Source: Candidatus Bathyarchaeia archaeon
Lineage (GTDB): Archaea > Thermoproteota > Bathyarchaeia > Bathyarchaeales > DTEX01
NCBI GenBank assembly: GCA_038867895.1
Contig: JAWBXL010000003.1
Coordinates: forward strand, 9,474 to 73,473
Direction: 5' to 3'
Length of the DNA stretch: 64,000 bases
Position numbers and translations under genes: made by a program. The notes beneath the pieces were generated by a model, which was not told the origin of the DNA, made no database searches, and worked only from the letters and a program-made list of their open reading frames with translations. Below are positions 38,310 to 44,458 of the stretch, one piece after another. Positions within the stretch are counted from its first letter, which is position 1, and each line of letters opens with the position of its first letter.

Positions 38310-39938
38310 ATGAGATTGAAAACTTTAAGTTTAGCAGCCCTCGTCATGATGATGCTTGCGTCTATCGCCGCCCAGGCGGTTGCCATAGAAATGCCCATGG
38401 CTGCTGAAGATAACCTAGAAAATAAGGCAGAAGCAATGATAAACGTTGCCACTAAGGCTGAGGAAAGAGTTAATATCCTGGTGAAAAGGGTTGAAGAGAA
38501 TCAGACGATTATAGACGCTATAAAGACAAACAATCTCTATGGATCCTACAATGAAATGAAGCTTCTTATAAGCCAAGGCTCAGAGATCCTAGACGAGGCT
38601 GAAGACCATTTTGAGAATGGAAACTATGCCGGCGCCATCCAGAATGCTACCGAGGCAATGAGGCTATTTAGGGACGCCTACGCGGGGATCCATCAGATCC
38701 TCTGCAAGGCTGGCGTGACGCCCCTCGAAGAGACACGTGAATTTCAGGCCCAGGGCCTCCTAGTTGCTGCTAATAGGTCTATTGAGAGGATTAGGCGCAT
38801 CAGATCCATGCTAAATAATATGGGAGTCGATGATCTACTTGGAAAGGCAGAGGATCTACTGAATAATATAAGGCCGCTTTTGGAGCAGGGGGATGTTTCG
38901 GCGGCAGCCCATAAACTTGCCGAGGCGAATAATCTTATCTCGGAGGCCTTTGTCCGCATAAGGCATAGGGCTGAGGAGATGATTCAGAATAGGGCGGAGA
39001 AGTTTGTCTTGAATTTCGGGAGGATCCGCAGTGAGATCGCTAAGAGGATTAGGGAGGAAGGGTTAAATGAGACTGAGGTTCTGGAGGGGATCGGTCTCGG
39101 GAACCTCAGCCAAATCACGCAGGGTCTAGCCGATACAATTAAGAAGACGGAGCCAAAGAAAATTAAGGATGTAATCAAGGATATTATTGAGGACCTTAGG
39201 GATATAGGTGAGATACTCCGGGAGACTAGAAAGATAGTTTCGGAGAAACTGTTAATGGTGAAGGTTCAGGATATTCTTGCGAATGCCTCCGCCCTTGAGG
39301 GGAAGATGGTTATAGTTGCGGGAAACTACTGTGGACAAAAAGCGCCGGAGGGTCTTTCCGGGCCATCTGAATCGCCATCCAAGAAGGGCTGGTGGATACT
39401 TGCCGATGAGACTGGATGGATCTATGTTGTTGGGGAGGAGCGTATAGGCATTATGCGTAGGCTAATCGTCTTGGAGGGCGCGAAAGTAACTGTTGTGGGT
39501 AGGGTTGTCGTCGAGGATAATACAGTGTATATAAAGGCTATACTATCAATTCCATCCGAGACAATTATAGTGCCAATACCACCAGTAACGCCGATACCCC
39601 CAAGCAAAGTACTAGAAGTTAACGTTAGCGTGGAAAGGAGCGGAAAAGACTATCTATTGAAGGTAACCATTATGAACGTTGGTAACGAGGCGGTTGTTTT
39701 CCCGAACTCCGCCTATGGAATAACTATCGAGAGGAAGGTTGCTAGAGTCTGGATGCCAGTCCCAAGATATACGCCTATATCAGCCCAAGTCCTGACAACG
39801 CTGGATCCAAATGAGAGCGGAACAGTTGCGATTATGCTTGAGCGGCCGACCCCGGGAACATATAGAGTGGTTGTGGCGGGCTGGCTTGAGAGAAGCCGGC
39901 AGCTGGTGACAGCGTCAACCGAGTTCACAATACCATGA
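38310..39938 (+). CDS. Secreted/surface protein: signal peptide, long helical region, C-terminal beta domains
   Basis: N-terminal hydrophobic signal (LAALVMMMLASIAAQA), ~300 aa of helical/coiled-coil sequence, a Pro-rich linker IPPVTPIPP, and a CARDB-like beta domain (VTIMNVGNEAVVF). Confidence 0.6.
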   Translation: MRLKTLSLAALVMMMLASIAAQAVAIEMPMAAEDNLENKAEAMINVATKAEERVNILVKRVEENQTIIDAIKTNNLYGSYNEMKLLISQGSEILDEAEDHFENGNYAGAIQNATEAMRLFRDAYAGIHQILCKAGVTPLEETREFQAQGLLVAANRSIERIRRIRSMLNNMGVDDLLGKAEDLLNNIRPLLEQGDVSAAAHKLAEANNLISEAFVRIRHRAEEMIQNRAEKFVLNFGRIRSEIAKRIREEGLNETEVLEGIGLGNLSQITQGLADTIKKTEPKKIKDVIKDIIEDLRDIGEILRETRKIVSEKLLMVKVQDILANASALEGKMVIVAGNYCGQKAPEGLSGPSESPSKKGWWILADETGWIYVVGEERIGIMRRLIVLEGAKVTVVGRVVVEDNTVYIKAILSIPSETIIVPIPPVTPIPPSKVLEVNVSVERSGKDYLLKVTIMNVGNEAVVFPNSAYGITIERKVARVWMPVPRYTPISAQVLTTLDPNESGTVAIMLERPTPGTYRVVVAGWLERSRQLVTASTEFTIP

Positions 39939-39966
39939 ACTGGAAAATGGAGTCTGAAGCATCCTC

Positions 39967-39973
39967 TTTTTTT
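39967..39973 (+). terminator. Oligo-T tract downstream of the secreted-protein gene
   Basis: T7 run 29 nt after the stop codon. Archaeal termination typically uses oligo-T. Confidence 0.35.
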
Positions 39974-40168
39974 GTTATCTAGTGGTATCTGCTCTAAACC
40001 TTATATTCTTTCTATTGTTTATACTCGGAAGCGACGATTCTCTCAATAGTGTAAAAATTGGATGTTGATTTTTGGGATCAGGGATCAGCCAGCCTGTCAT
40101 TCAGATGTTATGCCTGTCCGCGCTTTTGACCTTCATCATCCCCGTAAATACTGTTTTTTGATCGCTAT

Positions 40169-40843
40169 TTATAATAGCTTCTCATACCATGCTCTCCTTA
40201 TCGTTTTCGGCCTTAGGTCCGTTATACCCGCAAGAGCCTCTACTAATATTTCTGTCTTGGCGAGCTTTGGCTCCGGCAGCCTATTTCCATAATTATCGTA
40301 TCCGATGTAGACTATGCATGGCTTTATCTCATATATCCACTCTATGAGCTCTTCGTCGAAGTCTAGTATGGGCTCTATTACTATAGCCTTCCACCTCCAA
40401 TCCAGCCTAAGCATAGCCTCATAGCGCTCTCTTGGTGGAGGAGCCCGACTCAGCCCATAATCCCTATTTGTCTCAATAGTCGCCCCTAGGACAACATTAG
40501 GGCTTAGCTTATCTATAAATTCTAGATATCTCGTCGGGTTCTTTGTTAGAAATAGGAAGTGCGACCTAGGCTTGTCTCTAACAACCATTAATACACGCTC
40601 AATCCACTCGCCCGGAACCCAGCTACCCCACATGTCGCCCATGTCCGAGACGAAGATAAACTTGCCATCTGGAAGTCTCTGCCTGAGTCTCTCAGAGACA
40701 AATGTTGGATTGAAGTCCCTCGACCTGTAGGGCTCAATGCCGCGGGAAGCAAGCCTAACGGCATATTTTCTAGACCAACAGTAAATGCAATTATGCAGGC
40801 AGCCGACAATAGGATTCCAGGAGTAGGTTATCTCTCCTAGCAA
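40169..40843 (-). CDS. DUF5131 (phage Gp37/Gp68-like) protein with CX3CX2C motif
   Basis: The N-terminal SWNPIVGCLHNCIYCW matches the PF07505 signature as I recall it. TTG start. Confidence 0.7.
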   Translation of the reverse strand: MLGEITYSWNPIVGCLHNCIYCWSRKYAVRLASRGIEPYRSRDFNPTFVSERLRQRLPDGKFIFVSDMGDMWGSWVPGEWIERVLMVVRDKPRSHFLFLTKNPTRYLEFIDKLSPNVVLGATIETNRDYGLSRAPPPRERYEAMLRLDWRWKAIVIEPILDFDEELIEWIYEIKPCIVYIGYDNYGNRLPEPKLAKTEILVEALAGITDLRPKTIRRAWYEKLL

Positions 40844-40945
40844 TGGATCACTCCACGCGAGTTATCTAGAAGTATGCCATTTTATCTGCGGTTACAACCA
40901 AAACTTAATATCCATGACTGAGATATAACAGTAATGGTCGCTTTA

Positions 40946-41014
40946 TTGCGGCGATGAGGCGTTCTCCTCTTAACTGACTCTTATGGATGAGGAGCCCACG
41001 CAGCGCTGAGCCAC
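40946..41014 (+). ncRNA. C/D-box-like sRNA candidate 1 (non-canonical boxes)
   Basis: Layout: AUGAGGC (40954), 13 nt, CUGA (40974), 9 nt, AUGAGGA (40987), 12 nt, CUGA (41006). Short flanking complementarity GCGGC/GCCAC. Its first ~50 nt is also one arm of the inverted duplication. Confidence 0.3.
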
Positions 41015-41115
41015 TAAAACGTAGCCCTCCTAAAATTTTGTTTGGCTCTTTGGGTTCGTGGGCTCCTCATCCCCTAATTGGTCAGCGCCGGGAGTTAATA
41101 GAATCCTTCATCGCC
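40950..41115. repeat. 166-nt imperfect inverted duplication / extended hairpin
   Basis: GGCGATGAGG (40950..40959) pairs with CCTTCATCGCC (41105..41115). TTAAC-TGAC pairs with GTCA...GTTAA. GGATGAGGAGCCCACG (40985..41000) is perfectly complementary to CGTGGGCTCCTCATCC (41057..41072). An inner GAGCC/GGCTC pair closes the structure. Confidence 0.7.
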
Positions 41116-41220
41116 AAAAATAATTATTTGTGGAAGCGGTTAATAACCATTAAAATATTTTGCTAATCCTTGCTATGAAATAAAGTTGGCTCGAATAGAT
41201 AATCTCATATATGACCCGCG

Positions 41221-41231
41221 TTTTCTTTTTT
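41221..41231 (+). terminator. Oligo-T tract (TTTTCTTTTTT) between the two RNA candidates
   Basis: T-rich run in a non-coding tract, 4 nt upstream of sRNA candidate 2. Could terminate a transcript coming from the hairpin region. Confidence 0.25.
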
Positions 41232-41234
41232 ATT

Positions 41235-41302
41235 GTGGCGGGCGATGGGGAAGTGGTCCTCCACTGAGATATGAGGATTATCTAATCATCTGAGCCCGCC
41301 AC
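41235..41302 (+). ncRNA. C/D-box sRNA candidate 2
   Basis: A 9-bp GC-rich terminal stem GUGGCGGGC/GCCCGCCAC encloses AUGGGGA (C), 12 nt, CUGA (D'), GAU, AUGAGGA (C'), 12 nt, CUGA (D). This is the exact archaeal 12-nt-spacer architecture, but box C is degenerate. Confidence 0.55.
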
Positions 41303-41588
41303 AACATTTTCATGATCTTAACGCCCCCTCTGGGTCCCTGAAAAACTATGATCAGATGGTTATGCAGACAGCTCTTTCAACAATTCCTATGGTGATCACG
41401 GCCGTTGATTCGGGTGTGAAGGCTTTTGGAGCCACGAAGGGCGCTGTTGAGACGGTTAATGCTGCTTTGACGTTTCTTGCCGCTAAACCTTTTACTTTTA
41501 GTAAAAGGTTTTGGAGGCTGCATATCAATAATAGCTGTGGATGTCCGCAAGTGATAAGGGCATGATTAAAATAATACAAGTTATAACA

Positions 41589-41872
41589 ATGGGAGAAATA
41601 ATACTACGAGTGCAGGCCGATTTCCCAGACCAGACCATCAAAATTATTGGGGTTGATTATGGTGAGGTTGAGGAGCGCCTGAGAAAACTAAAGGAGATTC
41701 TTGGGAGAGAACCAACCAGGATTTCAGGGATGCTATTAAGGCGATTGTGGATGAGATGCGGGCTGCGAAAAGGCCCCTTGCGAAAATATTCCCATTCGAG
41801 CAGCTCATGAATGTCGATCTGGAAAGCGCAATGGAAATGAGCGGTGAGGGAGTGGAGGTTCAGCCAGCATGA
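41589..41872 (+). pseudogene. Small ORF with an apparent frameshift (hypothetical)
   Basis: MGEIILRVQADFPDQTIKIIGVDYGEVEERLRKLKEILG... continues more plausibly in another frame as ...TNQDFRDAIKAIVDEMRAAKRPLAKIFPFEQLMNVDLESAMEMSGEGVEVQPA. That frame ends in an ATGA overlap with the next ORF and has no start codon of its own. Confidence 0.4.
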
Positions 41873-42134
41873 GATCCATAATAGACGATTACACGCTAAA
41901 TGTGACGGACCTCAGCGAGTCATGTGAGCCTGTGGGCGCAGAGTGGCATGCGTGGGAGGAAGGACAAGTCGTCAAAAAATGGCAGCCGGCGAAATAGTGG
42001 AATTCCAAGTTGATGAGGGAGACAGATATAGCCTACCAGTAACTATAGTTCACATTGTAGGCTTAGAGCTTGAAATGGAGACGGCGGGCACACAAAACAT
42101 AAGAAAATATGCAGTCACACTAAAAGAAAAATAG
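41869..42134 (+). CDS. One frameshifted or two overlapping small ORFs (hypothetical)
   Basis: MRSIIDDYTLNVTDLSESCEPVGAEWHAWEEGQVVKK... stops at 41997. MAAGEIVEFQVDEGDRYSLPVTIVHIVGLELEMETAGTQNIRKYAVTLKEK starts at 41979 in another frame, directly after an A7 run. Confidence 0.3.
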
Positions 42135-42157
42135 TTAGAAAATAAATTATAAATTTA

Positions 42158-43347
42158 ATGTATCAGCGCTGTTTTGGTCCCTCTCCCTCCTCCTCATATT
42201 CTCCTCTTGGGTGGGCAGTCTTGGGCATTAAGCATTTTGAGATTAAAAGTGTCCTCCGCAGGTTTGATGTTGAAACTGGAAAGTTCATTATTAATAATAT
42301 TAGCTATGAGACTGCCCGCTTGGGCCATCTGAGCACGTTTTAGGTGTCGTCGAGGCATTCGGGTTGGGCATTGATAAGTCCCATAGATTCACGCTTTATG
42401 ATGATGTTGAGTTGGCTATAGGTCCAAGAGACATCGTTTATATTACGGGTGATAGCGGTTTTGAGAAGGACATTAAAAGCGGCACACCTTGGTCATGCAT
42501 TAACATAGATGACATTAAGCCAGCTGAAGGTAAACCCATCATTGAAACAGTTGGGAAAAGCCTTGATGAAGCGCTTGAACCATTAAGCCTTGTTGGGCTT
42601 AATGATGCATATCTCTTCTTGAGAAATTATGAGCATTTGAGTGATGGACAGAAATATCGTTATAAAATCGCTAAGATGATAGAAAGTCAAGCCCAATTTT
42701 GGATTGCCGATGAATTCTGCTCAATTCTTGATAGAGACACGGCGAAGATAGTCGCCTTTAATATCCAAAAGCTTGCGAGGAGATTGGGTAAGGCGGTTAT
42801 AGTCGCTACAACACACATCGACCTCTTTGACGATCTGAACCCAAGTGTGCATATCCATAAGCGGTTTGGGAAGGAGGTGACGGTCAAATATTATTCAAAC
42901 GAGCCGGCAAGGGAATGCAGTCTCATAAAAGAAATGCGGGTGGAGGAGGGCACAACAGAAGACTGGAAGAGGCTGGCGCATTATCATTATAGGAGTCATA
43001 GAGTCATGGCGCCCAGAAAAATTTTTAGGCTTGTGCGGGGTGACGAGTTATGCGGTGTAATTATATTACTATGTAGCTATCCGCCCCCAGTATGTTTCGG
43101 CAGAAGCAACGTTTTACTGAGAATGACCCAAAGAGAACTAAATGAGAAGCTTAGCATAATAAGCCGCGTTGTTGCGCATCCAAAATATCGGAGTATAGGA
43201 TTAGGGCAAAAGATTGTCAGAGAGACGCTTCATCTTGCTGGGGCACCATACATTGAGATGATAGCCGTTATGGCTAAGTATAACCCCTTTGCCGAGAAGG
43301 CGGGGATGAAAAAGATTGTGGAAAGAGAGTCACCGGGGGATCATTAA
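42158..43347 (+). pseudogene. ABC-type ATPase fused to GNAT acetyltransferase domain; N-terminus in another frame, degenerate P-loop
   Basis: ABC signature LSDGQKYR, Walker B FWIADEF and H-loop ATTH. The P-loop reads GDSGFEKD instead of GxxxxGK[ST]. The C-terminal GNAT motif A-like is VVAHPKYRSIGLGQKIV. The upstream piece 42158..42343 ends at TAG, and the main frame is open only from 42310. Confidence 0.55.
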
Positions 43348-43351
43348 AATT

Positions 43352-43654
43352 ATGGAGGGACTTCATAACATGGGCTTCAATATAACATTCTTAACATGCG
43401 AGAGATATGTGCTGGAAAAATTGAGTGCCTTAAGCACGAGAGAAATAGAATTGATAAAAGAAATGTTCCTAGCATATAGACACCCGCATCTTGCAAGGGC
43501 TCTTGGTGTACATGACCCATATGGAGAAAAGCAAACATATGCGGAAAGGCTTAAGGAGGCCAAAACTGAAAGGCTCGCAAAACTAATTAAAGTTTGTGGA
43601 ATACTTGCCCAAACAAAAGTATATCTATTCTATCAGCAGCCCGGCACACCATGA
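43352..43654 (+). CDS. Hypothetical protein downstream of the ATPase-GNAT gene
   Basis: ATG lies 5 nt after the preceding stop. ~100 aa helical protein with no recognisable motif. Confidence 0.35.
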   Translation: MEGLHNMGFNITFLTCERYVLEKLSALSTREIELIKEMFLAYRHPHLARALGVHDPYGEKQTYAERLKEAKTERLAKLIKVCGILAQTKVYLFYQQPGTP

Positions 43655-43667
43655 GAGACGGTGTCTT

Positions 43668-44369
43668 CTATTTACTGCTCTTTTTTCGCCCAAAAAATGG
43701 CAATCTTATGCTCTTATAATCCTCCTCCAACAGAAATTTTTCCCAATCAACTTTAAACATTATAATGATGAAGATTATTAAGAGAATACTCGTTATAATA
43801 ATTATGAGGATATCCCCACCTTCACCTCCAACCAGCTCTCCTATAAGCTTTATTGAGAATCTCCCACTATAAGCCAATATAAAACACATAGTTATTTTTC
43901 CAAGGAGGCAGGGTAGAAAAACCTTGGCGATTGATAGACGCATGATGCCAAGCGGTATTAAAAGCAGGTCGTCTGGTAGGGGCGTTAAGGCAAATATGAA
44001 GATAGCGATCGCCCCATATTTATTGAAGATTTTTATTATGGGTTCGATTCTCTTTCTCCTCTCTTTGCTTATGAAGGCTCCCCCATAATATCCGATTAAG
44101 TACCCAAGGGCCTCACCGAGGGCCGATCCAACTCCAGCTGAGAGCGCTAGAAGATTTGGATCAAGCAGTCCACCCAGCGTAAATATTATCACAGTATAGG
44201 GAATTGGAAAAATTATAGGACAAGTCCCAAGAAAACTCATGAGAAACACTCCAAAATAACCATATTTTATGGCTATATCCCTTAACCAGAAGGTTATTTG
44301 GGTAGGCTGGCTATTCTGTAGGAAATTTCCCGATATTATTTCATCCAACAAGATTTCATTAATATACAT
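43668..44369 (-). CDS. DedA/VTT-domain membrane protein
   Basis: Multi-TM protein with the G..LGE.LGY..G pattern (GSALGEALGYLIGYYGG) typical of the DedA/SNARE-associated family. Confidence 0.75.
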   Translation of the reverse strand: MYINEILLDEIISGNFLQNSQPTQITFWLRDIAIKYGYFGVFLMSFLGTCPIIFPIPYTVIIFTLGGLLDPNLLALSAGVGSALGEALGYLIGYYGGAFISKERRKRIEPIIKIFNKYGAIAIFIFALTPLPDDLLLIPLGIMRLSIAKVFLPCLLGKITMCFILAYSGRFSIKLIGELVGGEGGDILIIIITSILLIIFIIIMFKVDWEKFLLEEDYKSIRLPFFGRKKSSK

Positions 44370-44458
44370 CGATCTTCAAACCTTTGACATAAATAATTTA
44401 ATTCATCTTCAGAAGTTTTAAATGACCGTTCTATATAAATAATTTTTGTAGGATTAAG

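Noticed and set aside
40062-40292. 76-aa plus-strand ORF downstream of the secreted-protein gene
   Set aside because: It overlaps the 3' end of the DUF5131 gene on the opposite strand, has no start context and no recognisable features.
40946-41115. Possibility that the long hairpin is SRP RNA, RNase P RNA or an intron-containing tRNA
   Set aside because: It has no cloverleaf with a T-loop GTTCRANN, none of the RNase P conserved motifs that I could find, and no SRP helix-8-type motifs. The length and shape fit an inverted duplication better.
41352-41579. Competing small ORFs on both strands (69 aa plus, 75 aa minus) at the start of the island
   Set aside because: Neither has a recognisable motif, and the two frames mirror each other. 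The plus-strand A/T/V-rich peptide could be real, but I cannot support a call.
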